A DNA stretch of 64,000 bases, from positions 5,061-69,060 of the forward strand of contig JAZPXN010000060.1 of the NCBI GenBank assembly GCA_045543655.1, read 5' to 3'. Numbering within the stretch: the stretch's first letter is position 1; each line of letters starts with the position of its first letter. The DNA is from Eubacteriales bacterium (GTDB lineage Bacteria > Bacillota > Clostridia > Oscillospirales > UBA644). The notes beneath the pieces were generated by a model. The model saw only the letters and a list, made by a program, of their open reading frames with translations. It was not told where the DNA came from and did no database searches. Shown here piece after piece: positions 36,251 to 46,024 of this stretch. Both the position numbers and the translations under genes were made by a program.

Positions 36251-37975
36251 CTACTCAAGGATCGCACCTCCCATCTGCGAATGACTGATTTCACGGTAAA
36301 TCTCGCAGGATTCCATCAATTCCTCGTGGGTGCCGAGGGCTACGGTCAGTCCTTCGTCCAGCACCAGAATCCGGTCGGAGCCCATCACCGAGCTGACCCG
36401 CTGAGCCACCACGATCTTGGTGGAGGCGGTGGGCAATTCCGCCAGCGCCTTCCGGAGATTTGCGTCGGTCTTATAGTCCAGAGCAGAAGAGGCGTCGTCG
36501 AGAATCAGAATCTCCGGATCTCCCGCCAGCGCCCGGGCCACGTAAAGACGCTGCCTCTGTCCGCCGGAAAGATTGGAGCCCTTTGCGGTCAGCTCGTAAG
36601 AAGCGCCTCCGGAAAGGCGATCCACGAATTCCGCCGCCTGAGCCGTTTCCAGCGCCCGGCGAAAAGCACCGTCGTCGATCTCCCGGCCGAAGCGGACGGT
36701 TTGATCCACCGTACCGGAAAAGACGATATCGTTCTGCAGAGCGGCGCCGAACATGGTCCGAAGCTCCCCCGTGGGAATCGTGCGAACGTCCCGGCCGCCG
36801 ATGCGGATGGCTCCGGCATCCACGTCGTAAAACCGCATCAACAGCTGAAGAACGGTGGATTTGCCGCTCCCCGTAGCGCCGATGATGCCCAACGTCCCGC
36901 CCTTGGGAATGGTGAAGGACAGGTCGGAAAGGTTGTTTTTGGTTTTATTATAGGAAAAATCAACGTGATCGAATTCGATATATTTCGTCTCGTCGTAAGG
37001 TCGGTCGGGATATTCCCCAACCGAAGCGAGGGGCATGTCGGTCTCGCACTGCAGAACCTCGTCGATCCGGTTTGCGGAGGCCGTGGCCTTGGTGAACATG
37101 ACGAAAATGCGGGAAATGGACATCAACGCCATAGCGATCTGGGTGAAATACTGGGTAAAGGCGATAATGACTCCGGGTTGGGTATCTCCGCCCCGGCTGA
37201 TGACCAGCGCCCCCACGAGGATCACGGCGGTCAACCCCAGATTCAGGAACAGATTCATGGCCGGATTGGAGGCCGCCATCGTAATCCCGGCGGTCTTCTC
37301 CGCCCGGACGAGATCGGCGTTGACGGCGTCGAAGCGTTCTTTTTCCGATTCCACCCGGGACAGGGCCTTGATGACCCGAATCCCCTTGGAATCCTCCCGG
37401 ACCACCCGGGTCATATCGTCCACCCGTTCCTGCACCTTACCGTACAGCGGCGTCCCCTTCCGGGCAATAAAGAAGACGATGCAGAAAATAAACGGCAACA
37501 CCGCCAGCATGACGAGGGTCAGCTTGGGGTCGAGAAGGGTGGTCATGATCAGCCCGCCGATCAACAGAATCGGAGCGCGGACGCCCATGCGCTGCATCAT
37601 TCCCAGAAACCGGCTGACGTGAAAGGTATCGGAGGTAATGCGGGATTCCAGACTGGGTACGGTAAACCGGTCGGTCTGCCGGGAAGAAAGAGAAAGGGTC
37701 TTCTCAAACAAATCGTGGCGGATATCCCGGGTCGCGTCCCGCGCCACGGCAGAGGCCCGCTGATTGGCAAATACGTTCATTCCGAAGGCCGCCAGAGCGC
37801 ACAGAATCATAATGCCTCCCCAAAGGAAGATCAGCTCCGCGCGGTGAAGAGGGACGATATCGTCCAGAATATGACTTAAAATCGTGGGCAGAAACAGCTC
37901 CACCAGCGTCCCCAGAAACTTTACGAGCAGAACGCCGCAAAGGGCAAAAAGATAAGGACGCATATATCGGACCAT
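36251..37975 (-). CDS. ABC exporter, fused permease/ATPase half-transporter (likely heterodimer partner)
   Basis: Six TM helices then an NBD (GATGSGKST, LSGGQRQRLYVARAL, LILDDASSALD). The start is MVRYMRPYLF, just after the marR stop. Confidence 0.8.
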   Translation of the reverse strand: MVRYMRPYLFALCGVLLVKFLGTLVELFLPTILSHILDDIVPLHRAELIFLWGGIMILCALAAFGMNVFANQRASAVARDATRDIRHDLFEKTLSLSSRQTDRFTVPSLESRITSDTFHVSRFLGMMQRMGVRAPILLIGGLIMTTLLDPKLTLVMLAVLPFIFCIVFFIARKGTPLYGKVQERVDDMTRVVREDSKGIRVIKALSRVESEKERFDAVNADLVRAEKTAGITMAASNPAMNLFLNLGLTAVILVGALVISRGGDTQPGVIIAFTQYFTQIAMALMSISRIFVMFTKATASANRIDEVLQCETDMPLASVGEYPDRPYDETKYIEFDHVDFSYNKTKNNLSDLSFTIPKGGTLGIIGATGSGKSTVLQLLMRFYDVDAGAIRIGGRDVRTIPTGELRTMFGAALQNDIVFSGTVDQTVRFGREIDDGAFRRALETAQAAEFVDRLSGGASYELTAKGSNLSGGQRQRLYVARALAGDPEILILDDASSALDYKTDANLRKALAELPTASTKIVVAQRVSSVMGSDRILVLDEGLTVALGTHEELMESCEIYREISHSQMGGAILE

Positions 37976-37980
37976 CAGCT

Positions 37981-38445
37981 TCACGTTTCGCTCTCCCCTC
38001 CGCACCCGGGAGGCAGATCGTCTCCTCCCTCCACGTAGAGCATCGCCCGCTCCCGGGCTCGCTCTAAGAGAGATGCAAACTGGTTCTGCTCTTCCGGGGT
38101 GAATTCCGCAATGAGCCATTCGTTCCAATCCCGGTAGATCTGCCGGATCTGCTCCACGCAGGCCTCAGCCTTTTCGGTGGGATAGACCAAAAGCACCCGC
38201 TTATCCTCTCCTGCCTTACGAACCACGTACCCCTTCTCCTCCAGATAGGCCAGATGGCGGGCCACCTGACTTTTATCGGTACAGAGCTTGCGCACCAGCT
38301 GATCCTGCCGGATGCCGGGATTGCGGCAAACCGTAGAAACGCAGCGGGCGTGCGGCGGACGGAAATCGGTCCCCTCCAGCCGCTCGGCGTGATAAAGGGT
38401 GGAACAGCGGCTGACGGCGTTGATCAAAAACATCAAGGCCGGCAT
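37981..38445 (-). CDS. MarR-family transcriptional regulator
   Basis: Winged-HTH pattern (GIRQDQLVRKLCTDKSQVARHLAYLEEKGYVVRK) and about 150 aa. It is the first gene of the ABC exporter operon. Confidence 0.8.
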   Translation of the reverse strand: MPALMFLINAVSRCSTLYHAERLEGTDFRPPHARCVSTVCRNPGIRQDQLVRKLCTDKSQVARHLAYLEEKGYVVRKAGEDKRVLLVYPTEKAEACVEQIRQIYRDWNEWLIAEFTPEEQNQFASLLERARERAMLYVEGGDDLPPGCGGESET

Positions 38446-38467
38446 AAAACCCCTCCTTTTCGGATCG

Positions 38468-38494
38468 TTGCAAACGCAACCGTTGCATTTGCAA
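38468..38494. promoter_or_regulatory. Candidate MarR operator (imperfect 13-bp inverted repeat)
   Basis: ttgcaaacgcaac-c-gttgcatttgcaa has one mismatch. It lies just downstream of the marR -10 box. Confidence 0.5.
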
Positions 38495-38507
38495 CTTTAT
38501 TTCTTTT

Positions 38508-38536
38508 ATTATACATGATTTTGGGTCAGATGTCAA
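38508..38536 (-). promoter_or_regulatory. Consensus sigma-A promoter of the marR-ABC operon
   Basis: On the minus strand: TTGACA, 17 nt, TATAAT (both perfect hexamers). Confidence 0.7.
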
Positions 38537-38642
38537 CAGAAATCTCAAAATATACCAATTTGGTATATTTCTCCCCCCAGAAAGAGGAAGGAACAAGTTT
38601 GTGACTTTTTTTAAACCTTTTCGTTTTTAAGGTCGGAAAGGG

Positions 38643-38671
38643 TTGACATTCGCAAAACAAAGGGGTATAAT
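38643..38671 (+). promoter_or_regulatory. Consensus sigma-A promoter of the MATE pair
   Basis: TTGACA (38643-38648), 17 nt, TATAAT (38666-38671). Confidence 0.7.
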
Positions 38672-38707
38672 GGGGGCAATTCGAAACCTTCGCAGGGAGG
38701 CAAAAGC

Positions 38708-40099
38708 ATGGCGCGAAATAACGGAAGTCTGACGGAAGGACCCTTTCTGAAAAAGATCGTTTTTTATACGGTACCGATCATCCTCACCGGTCTTTTACAG
38801 CTGGCCTTCAACGCGGCGGACCTGATTATCGTAGGCCAATTCTGCGGAAGCGCGTCGGTGGCCGCGGTGGGGGCTACGGGGGCGCTGACGAACCTGATCG
38901 TCAACCTTTTTATGGGTCTTTCGGTGGGCTCGGGCGTCACCGTTGCCCAGGCGCTGGGGGCGGGGCAGGATCGGGACGCTCACCGCATCGTTCATACCGC
39001 CATTCCCACGGCAATCATCGGCGGAGCGGTGCTGACGGTGGTCGGCGTGACGCTTTCAAACACCTTCCTTCATTGGATGGGGACTCCGGACGACGTCATT
39101 CCCCTTTCTTCGCTTTATATGAAAATCTATTTTGCGGGCATTCTCGGCCCCATGGTCTATAACTTCGGCGCCGCCATTCTGCGGGCGGCGGGCGATACGA
39201 AATCTCCGCTGATCTTCCTGACGGCGGCAGGGATCATCAACGTAGCACTGAACACCGTCTTCGTGACGGTCTTCCACATGAACGTGGCGGGGGTTGCGTT
39301 GGCAACGGTCATTTCCCAATTCTTTGCGGCGGCCATGATCCTTCTCACCCTTACCCGAAGGAAGGACGCCTGCCGGCTGGAGCTTCGGAAGCTGAAGATC
39401 TATAAAGGCCCCCTGCTCAAGATCATCCGAATCGGCGTGCCTTCCGGGATCCAGGGCGCCATGTTCTCCATCTCCAACGTTATTTTGCAATCTTCGGTCA
39501 ACTCTCTGGGCTCGGTGTTTATGTCCGGCAACGCCGCATCGGCAAACCTGGAGGGCTTCCTTTATACCACCATCAATTCCTTCCATCAATCCGCCCTGAA
39601 TTTCGTGGGACAGAATATCGGTGCCCGGCGCTACGGCAACGTGAAAAAGGTGGTTAATATCTGTCTTGCCTGCAGCATTACGGTGGGGACGGTCTTCGCC
39701 GTGATCCTCTGGCTCTTCGGCAGACCGCTTCTTGGAATCTACATCACGGACTCCGCTCAGGCCATCGAATACGGCATGATCCGGATCACCTACGTGCTTC
39801 TTCCCTATTTCACCATTGCGCTTATGGACGTTCTCAGCGGCGTACTGCGGGGAATGGGCGCATCCATCTCCCCCATGCTGATCTCCGTCATCGGGGTCTG
39901 CGGACTCCGGGTCGGATGGGTTATGCTGGGCTGGAATCAACTGACCCACCTTCCCCTGGAGACTCGGGCGATCCTTCTTTACCTCGTCTATCCCGTTTCC
40001 TGGATCGTCACCGCGGCGGCAGAATACGTAGCCTATCGGCTGATTCTGAAAAATCAGCAACGGAAGCTGAACGCGCGCATTCTGGCGCAATCGGAATAA
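38708..40099 (+). CDS. MATE-family efflux transporter
   Basis: 12 TM helices. The N-terminus EGPFLKKIVFYTVPIILTGLLQLAFNAADLIIVGQF is typical of the MATE/NorM family. Confidence 0.85.
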   Translation: MARNNGSLTEGPFLKKIVFYTVPIILTGLLQLAFNAADLIIVGQFCGSASVAAVGATGALTNLIVNLFMGLSVGSGVTVAQALGAGQDRDAHRIVHTAIPTAIIGGAVLTVVGVTLSNTFLHWMGTPDDVIPLSSLYMKIYFAGILGPMVYNFGAAILRAAGDTKSPLIFLTAAGIINVALNTVFVTVFHMNVAGVALATVISQFFAAAMILLTLTRRKDACRLELRKLKIYKGPLLKIIRIGVPSGIQGAMFSISNVILQSSVNSLGSVFMSGNAASANLEGFLYTTINSFHQSALNFVGQNIGARRYGNVKKVVNICLACSITVGTVFAVILWLFGRPLLGIYITDSAQAIEYGMIRITYVLLPYFTIALMDVLSGVLRGMGASISPMLISVIGVCGLRVGWVMLGWNQLTHLPLETRAILLYLVYPVSWIVTAAAEYVAYRLILKNQQRKLNARILAQSE

Positions 40100-40142
40100 C
40101 GAAGCTCTTCTTATAACGAAAAAACGGAAAGGATTGCTCGTC

Positions 40143-41516
40143 ATGGCCCGGAATAACGTAAATCTCTGCGAAGGCCCCTTCCTGAAGAAGGTCGTACTGT
40201 ATTCCATCCCCATTCTTTTTACGGGACTGCTGCAGCTGGCCTTCAACGCGGCGGATCTGATCATCGTGGGACAATTCTGCGGAAGCACCTGCGTGGCGGC
40301 GGTGGGAGCAACCTCCTCCCTGACGACGCTGTTCGTCAACCTCTTCATGGGTCTCGGCGTAGGCGGCGGCGTGGCCGTAGCGCAAGCCATCGGCGCAGGA
40401 GATTCCCGGGCGGTGAAGAAGACCGTTCATACCGCAATTCCTCTGGCCTTGATCTGCGGCGTTATCCTATCCGTTCTGGGGCTCTTGTTTTCCGACGATA
40501 TGCTTCGCTGGATGGATACGCCGGAGCAGGAGCTGCCCCTTTCCACCCTTTACATGAAGATCTATTTCTGCGGCAGCGCCGCATCTTTGGTCTATAACTT
40601 TGGCGCCGCCATTCTGCGGGCGGCGGGCGATACCAAATCTCCCTTGATTTTTCTGACCTGCTCCGGGGTCCTGAACGTGATGCTGAATACTCTTTTCGTC
40701 ACGGTCTTCGGCCGGAACGTGGACGGAGTGGCAATTGCTACGGTGGCTTCCCAGGTGCTGTCGGCAGTGCTGGTGATCCTTGCCCTGATGCGGCGGAAGG
40801 ATGCCTGTCGGCTGATTCTCAAGGAACTGAAGATTCATTGGGGTCCCCTGAAAAAGATTTTGCGCATCGGTCTTCCCTCGGGGCTTCAGAGCTCCCTTTT
40901 CGCCATCTCCAACGTCATGGTGCAATCCACGGTCAATTCCTTTGGCTCGGTGATGCTGGCAGGAAATTCAGCGGCCATCAGCCTGGGAGGATTCGTCTAC
41001 ACCTCCATGAACTCCGTTTATCAGGCGGCGCTGAACTTTACGGGGCAGAACTACGGCGCCCGACGCTTTGACAATATCCGAAAAGTAGCCTGGGTCTGTC
41101 TCGGCGTCGTTGTGACCGTAGGGCTTCTCACCGGCGGCACGGTCACGCTGTTCGGAAAGCAGCTGCTCGGCATTTATATCAAGGACTCCCCCGAGTCCAT
41201 CGATTACGGCGTTATCCGCCTCTGGATCATCGTTCTCCCCTATTTCCTCTGCGGGATGATGGACGTGGCCTCCGGGCTTCTCCGGGGAATGGGAGTCTCC
41301 CTTGCGCCGATGATCACCTCGGTCCTGGGGGTCTGCGGCTTCCGTCTGGCGTGGATCTTCTGGATCATGCCTCTGCATCATACGCCGGAAATGCTCTATA
41401 TCTCGTACCCCATTTCCTGGACGATCACCTTCCTTGCCCATTACGTAACCTACCGCATCGTCCTGAAAAAACGGGAGCGGCAATTGAGAAAGCGGATCGA
41501 AGCAAAAGCGAAATAA
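40143..41516 (+). CDS. MATE-family efflux transporter (tandem paralog)
   Basis: Collinear with the upstream gene (MARNN..., EGPFLKKVVLYSIPILFTGLLQLAFNAADLIIVGQF). Confidence 0.85.
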   Translation: MARNNVNLCEGPFLKKVVLYSIPILFTGLLQLAFNAADLIIVGQFCGSTCVAAVGATSSLTTLFVNLFMGLGVGGGVAVAQAIGAGDSRAVKKTVHTAIPLALICGVILSVLGLLFSDDMLRWMDTPEQELPLSTLYMKIYFCGSAASLVYNFGAAILRAAGDTKSPLIFLTCSGVLNVMLNTLFVTVFGRNVDGVAIATVASQVLSAVLVILALMRRKDACRLILKELKIHWGPLKKILRIGLPSGLQSSLFAISNVMVQSTVNSFGSVMLAGNSAAISLGGFVYTSMNSVYQAALNFTGQNYGARRFDNIRKVAWVCLGVVVTVGLLTGGTVTLFGKQLLGIYIKDSPESIDYGVIRLWIIVLPYFLCGMMDVASGLLRGMGVSLAPMITSVLGVCGFRLAWIFWIMPLHHTPEMLYISYPISWTITFLAHYVTYRIVLKKRERQLRKRIEAKAK

Positions 41517-41520
41517 CCGA

Positions 41521-41551
41521 AACCGATGGGAAGAAATTTCCATCGGTTTTT
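41521..41551 (+). terminator. Intrinsic terminator
   Basis: Stem aaccgatgg / ccatcggtt followed by a T-run. Confidence 0.65.
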
Positions 41552-41581
41552 AACACATTTTTGAACATAGAAACAGAAGGA

Positions 41582-41610
41582 TTGACAAATTTCCGGAAGT
41601 ATTTTATAAT
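41582..41610 (+). promoter_or_regulatory. Consensus sigma-A promoter
   Basis: TTGACA (41582-41587), 17 nt, TATAAT (41605-41610). Confidence 0.7.
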
Positions 41611-41640
41611 AGTAATATAAAATATATCGGAGGACCTCCC

Positions 41641-42768
41641 ATGAAAAAAGCAAAAATCTTCTTATCGTTCCTTTTGATCACCGTTCTGGCCCTTTCCTTT
41701 GCGGCTTGCGGCGAGGATCAGCCCAAGAATACCGACACCAATACCGGAACGGCCTCCTCCGATGCCGAAGCTTCCGTATCGTCTGCAGACTCCGACGTCA
41801 TCCCCGAGCCGGAGCCCGTCGTATATTACAACCCCCTCACCGGTCTTGAGGCCCCGCGGGATACCGCCGGCAAGCGCCCCCTGGCCGTGATGGTCAACAA
41901 CATCAAGCAGTCCCTGCCCCAGGAGGGCATCAGCGAAGCGGACGTCGTGTTCGAATGTCTGGTGGAAGGGGGGATTACCCGGCTGATGGCCCTCTTCTCC
42001 GATTATGAGAATCTGGAGGTCATCGGCTCCATCCGCTCCTGCCGCCCCTATTATCTGGATTTTGCCCAGGCTTACGACGCCATCTACGCCCACTGCGGCG
42101 CCAGCACCGAGGGAGACGCGGAGATCATCAGCCGGAAGATCAACAACATCAACGACAGCCTTTCCGGAACCTATTACCGGGATGCGGAGCGCCGGAAGAC
42201 CATGGCCTACGAGCATACTCTGATGGGAACCGGCGAAGGCATCAGCAAGGCCATTGCCTACTACAAATACCGCACCGATCTGCGGGAGGGATACGCCTAT
42301 CCCTTTGCCTTCCCCGAGGCGGACGCCAAGGCTCCCGCCGGAACGGCCGACGCGCTGAACGTATATATCCCCATGTCCAATTATCAGACGGTGGACTACG
42401 TTTACGATTTTGCGGCGGGCGTCTATTTCCGCTATCAGTACAACGGCCAGCCCCATATGGACAGCCACAACAACGCTCAGCTGACCTTCAAGAACGTGAT
42501 CCTGCTCTATTGCAAGACCTCCATCCTCCGGGACGAGCTCCTGTCCATCACCACCACCGGTACCGGAGACGGGATCTGGATCAGCGAAGGGAAGGCCACC
42601 CCCATCACCTGGAGCCGGGACAGCCGGGACGGAAACCTGACCCTGACCGACGCCGCCACGGGGGCGCCTCTGGTCATCAACCGGGGGAAGACCGCCGTTA
42701 ACGTATGCCCTCTTTCCATTCAGAGCGCCGTACAGCTGAACGCCACCGACCGGACGATCCATCCCTGA
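41641..42768 (+). CDS. DUF3048-family lipoprotein (YerB-like)
   Basis: Lipobox LSFAAC, then YYNPLTGLE...KRPLAVMVNN...EADVVFECLVEGGITRLMALF, which is characteristic of DUF3048. Confidence 0.7.
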   Translation: MKKAKIFLSFLLITVLALSFAACGEDQPKNTDTNTGTASSDAEASVSSADSDVIPEPEPVVYYNPLTGLEAPRDTAGKRPLAVMVNNIKQSLPQEGISEADVVFECLVEGGITRLMALFSDYENLEVIGSIRSCRPYYLDFAQAYDAIYAHCGASTEGDAEIISRKINNINDSLSGTYYRDAERRKTMAYEHTLMGTGEGISKAIAYYKYRTDLREGYAYPFAFPEADAKAPAGTADALNVYIPMSNYQTVDYVYDFAAGVYFRYQYNGQPHMDSHNNAQLTFKNVILLYCKTSILRDELLSITTTGTGDGIWISEGKATPITWSRDSRDGNLTLTDAATGAPLVINRGKTAVNVCPLSIQSAVQLNATDRTIHP

Positions 42769-42865
42769 CGACAACCAACAAATTGAGGAAAAGAACCAAC
42801 AAACGGTATTGCGAAGGCTACCGAAAAGTGCTATAATAATACCGTGAAAGCAATTGAAAATACTC

Positions 42866-42902
42866 CGGCCGGAGCAGAAATGCTTTTGGCCGGCTGTTTT
42901 TT
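42866..42902 (+). terminator. Probable intrinsic terminator (imperfect hairpin + T-run)
   Basis: GC-rich pairing cggccgg / ccggctg with an inner agca/tgct pairing, followed by TTTTTT. Confidence 0.4.
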
Positions 42903-42916
42903 GGGGAGGTCTGAGC

Positions 42917-44194
42917 GTGAAAAGGATTCCAAAAAAAATTGACCGTAAATGGTTCGTCGCCGGAGCGATGTTTTTGATGGTCTTTACGGTATTGGGCTTC
43001 TGTTCTTCCAGCAAAAGCATCTATATCGCCGCCATCACCGAAGCGCTGGATATTTCCAGAAGCGCCTTTTCCATCAACGACAGCTGCCGCTATATCACCA
43101 CCTCCATCGTCAACGTTTTCTTTGGAGCCCTGGTGGCCCGGTTCGGAGAACGGAAGCTGATCGGAGCCGGCTTCCTCTGCCTGATTACATCCATGCTTCT
43201 CTATTCCGTAGGCAACAACGTCTTCGTCTTTTATCTGGGCGGCATCTTTCTGGGCGCCGGATTATCCTGGACCACCACGACCATGGTGGGAAGCGTCATC
43301 GGGAAATGGTTCAAGGAAAACAAGGGAACCGTCATGGGAGCCATCCTGGCGGCAAACGGCCTTGGCGCGGCGCTGGCGCTTCAGATCGTCTCTCCCATCA
43401 TCTACGAGGAAGGAAATCCCTTCGGATACCGGAAGGCCTACCGGCTGGTCATTCTGATCCTTTTGGTGGTCGGCACCGCCGTGGTTCTTTTGATACGAAA
43501 CAAAAAGCAGACCCCCGCCGATAAGGCTACGCCGGCCGCAAAATCGAAAAAACGGGGCATGAACTGGCTGGGATTCGAATTTTCAGTCATCTGCAAAAAG
43601 CCCTATTTCTACGGCGCGTTGGCTTGTATTTTCGTCACGGGGATGCTTCTTCAGGGGGTCGGCGGCGTGGCGGCGCCGATGATGCGGGACACGGGGCTGG
43701 ACGAAGGATACGTCGCTACCGTCTTAAGCCTTCACTCCATTGCCCTGACGGTGTTCAAACTCGGCGTGGGCTTCGTTTACGATAAAAAAGGCCTTCGCAC
43801 CACCGCAAACATCTGCTTTATCACCGCTATAGCCGTATTTCTGCTGCTGGCAAATATTACGACTTCTCCCCTCGGAAAAGGCTTTGCCCTGCTCTACGGA
43901 ATCTTCTCCTCCCTCGCGCTTCCTCTGGAAACCATTATGCTCCCCATTTTTGCCGCAGATCTCTTCGGAGAACGCTCCTATCCCAAGGTTCTCGGCATCG
44001 TGGCCTCGGTGAATACCGCCGGATACGCCGTGGGCGCCCCCGTCGCAAATATCTGCTACGACCTTACGGGGACGTACGTGCCCGCTATCTACGCTTCCGC
44101 CCTTTTGATGCTGGGCGTATTCATCGCCATGCAGTTCGTCATCCGGGCGGCAAAAAAGGACAGAGAAGCCTTGCAGGAACCGAAAAACGCATAA
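42917..44194 (+). CDS. MFS transporter
   Basis: About 12 TM helices. The GTG start lies 7 nt after GGAGG. I cannot infer a substrate. Confidence 0.7.
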   Translation: MKRIPKKIDRKWFVAGAMFLMVFTVLGFCSSSKSIYIAAITEALDISRSAFSINDSCRYITTSIVNVFFGALVARFGERKLIGAGFLCLITSMLLYSVGNNVFVFYLGGIFLGAGLSWTTTTMVGSVIGKWFKENKGTVMGAILAANGLGAALALQIVSPIIYEEGNPFGYRKAYRLVILILLVVGTAVVLLIRNKKQTPADKATPAAKSKKRGMNWLGFEFSVICKKPYFYGALACIFVTGMLLQGVGGVAAPMMRDTGLDEGYVATVLSLHSIALTVFKLGVGFVYDKKGLRTTANICFITAIAVFLLLANITTSPLGKGFALLYGIFSSLALPLETIMLPIFAADLFGERSYPKVLGIVASVNTAGYAVGAPVANICYDLTGTYVPAIYASALLMLGVFIAMQFVIRAAKKDREALQEPKNA

Positions 44195-44199
44195 AAACA

Positions 44200-44235
44200 C
44201 CCCGAAAGAATTTTACCGTTCTTTCGGGGATTTTT
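44200..44235. terminator. Bidirectional intrinsic terminator
   Basis: 11-bp stem ccccgaaagaa / ttctttcgggg flanked by A- and T-runs. Confidence 0.8.
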
Positions 44236-44238
44236 CCG

Positions 44239-44994
44239 TTATTTTTCCGGCAGGAAGAGTACGTCCCGGCCGTTCTCCGCAGGAAGACAACGGACGTGAA
44301 AGACCGCTTCCAGACAACCGGAGGCAAGAATCTCTTCCGGCGCGCCGACGGCCTGAAGCCTACCGTCGTTCAACACCAGAACCTCGTCGCAATACCGCAG
44401 AGCCAGCGACAGATCGTGGAGCACCGCCGCAACGCAGCGTCCTTGCGATGCAAGACCTTTCAGCTGCTCCATCAAAGCGAAGCGGTGGGAAATATCCAGA
44501 TAAGTGGTGGGCTCGTCCAGAAGGATACAAGGGGTATCCTGGGCCAACAGCAGAGCCATGCAGGCCCGCTGGCGCTCCCCCCCGGAGAGGGTTGTCACGT
44601 CTCTTCCGGCAAGGTCGGCAACCCCTGCGTCAACCATTGCCTTTGCGGCAATCTTCCGATCCCGGTCGGTCATGCGCCGGGCCCCGAGATGGGGATAGCG
44701 CCCCCGGAGCGTCAGTTCTTCCACCGTTACGGGAGGAAGGGAGCGGAATTGAGGCAACAGAGATACGGTACGGGCAAGCTCCCGCGCCGGATAATCGTTA
44801 TAATCCCTGCCGTTGGCCGTCAGGCGTCCTGCTCCGGGACGGACGAGTCCGCAAAGCAGACGGATCAGCGTGGTTTTTCCACATCCGTTGGGACCGACGA
44901 TCCCGTAAAGCTTTCCGGAGGAAAGGGAAAACGAAAGATCGGAGAATACCGGTTTTTTCTCGTAAGCGTAAGATAATCCGAAGGCTTCAATCAT
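44239..44994 (-). CDS. Iron-chelate/cobalamin-type ABC transporter ATP-binding protein (FepC/FecE/BtuD family)
   Basis: GPNGCGKTT, LSGGERQRACMALLLAQ and LLDEPTTYLD. Confidence 0.8.
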   Translation of the reverse strand: MIEAFGLSYAYEKKPVFSDLSFSLSSGKLYGIVGPNGCGKTTLIRLLCGLVRPGAGRLTANGRDYNDYPARELARTVSLLPQFRSLPPVTVEELTLRGRYPHLGARRMTDRDRKIAAKAMVDAGVADLAGRDVTTLSGGERQRACMALLLAQDTPCILLDEPTTYLDISHRFALMEQLKGLASQGRCVAAVLHDLSLALRYCDEVLVLNDGRLQAVGAPEEILASGCLEAVFHVRCLPAENGRDVLFLPEK

Positions 44995-46024
44995 AGCGTC
45001 TCCCCCTTGAAAGAATCAAGAAAATAAAGAAGGGGCCGCCCACAAAGGACAGAAGAATGCCTACGGGCAATTCGTAAGGGGCGAACAGCACCCGGCACAG
45101 AAGATCGCAGACCAGCACCAAAAACGCGCCGCCCAAGGCGGAAATCGGGATCAGATACCGATGATTTTCTCCCACGAACCGACGGGCAATATGGGGAACG
45201 ACCAGCCCTACGAACCCCAAAAGCCCCGCAAAGCTGACCGCCGAAGCCGCCAGAACCGACGCAAGACAGAGCAACAGCAATTGCGTCCTGCGAACCTTCA
45301 TTCCAAGGCTCTTCGCCGTCTCGTCGCCAAGGGCCAGAATATCCGCATCCCGGGAGAGAGCTTCCGCCGCAAGGACCCCCAAAAGGATCAGCACCGCCGG
45401 AACCGAAAGCCGGGAAAAGGTGACGCCCGAAAGACCGCCGATCATAAAGGCATCCGCATCGTAAACGCTGTCGGGATACAAGGTTTTCACCGTATTGATC
45501 CCTGCGTTCAGCACCGACCCCACGGCAATCCCAACCAGAGTGACGGTCATACGGTTGGCGCCGGTCTTCAGAGAAATGGCGTAAATACAAAGGCAAGCCC
45601 CCACGGCCCCCAAAAAGGCCGCAAGAGGAAGATATCCCGCAAGACCGGGGAACACGGCAAGCATCAGAACGGCACCCAATCCCGCCCCGGAGTTGACGCC
45701 GATCACGTTGGGGGCGGCCATAGGATTATGCAGAACCGCCTGGATCAGCACCCCGGACACAGCCAACGCCATCCCCGCCAACAGCGCCCCGCAGGCCCGG
45801 GGCAACCGCAGATACAGAAGAATGCGAAGCGAAGGAGAAGAAAGATCCCCCCGAAACAACGCAGACAGCGCTTCGGACGGATCGGCCTTGACCGACCCGA
45901 AACAAAGCGCCGCAAAAAAGGCAAGAATCACCAAAAGGGCGAGAACGAGCAAGAGCACGGAAAAATTCCCGTGCCTGTTTTTATCCGAAAATTTCGGGGT
46001 AGATGATTTTTGCCAGATATTCAT
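44987..46024 (-). CDS. FecCD/BtuC-family ABC permease
   Basis: About 9-10 TM helices with typical FecCD blocks (LRLPRACGALLAGMALAVSG, GLLGFVGLVVPHIAR). Confidence 0.8.
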   Translation of the reverse strand: MNIWQKSSTPKFSDKNRHGNFSVLLLVLALLVILAFFAALCFGSVKADPSEALSALFRGDLSSPSLRILLYLRLPRACGALLAGMALAVSGVLIQAVLHNPMAAPNVIGVNSGAGLGAVLMLAVFPGLAGYLPLAAFLGAVGACLCIYAISLKTGANRMTVTLVGIAVGSVLNAGINTVKTLYPDSVYDADAFMIGGLSGVTFSRLSVPAVLILLGVLAAEALSRDADILALGDETAKSLGMKVRRTQLLLLCLASVLAASAVSFAGLLGFVGLVVPHIARRFVGENHRYLIPISALGGAFLVLVCDLLCRVLFAPYELPVGILLSFVGGPFFIFLILSRGRRYD

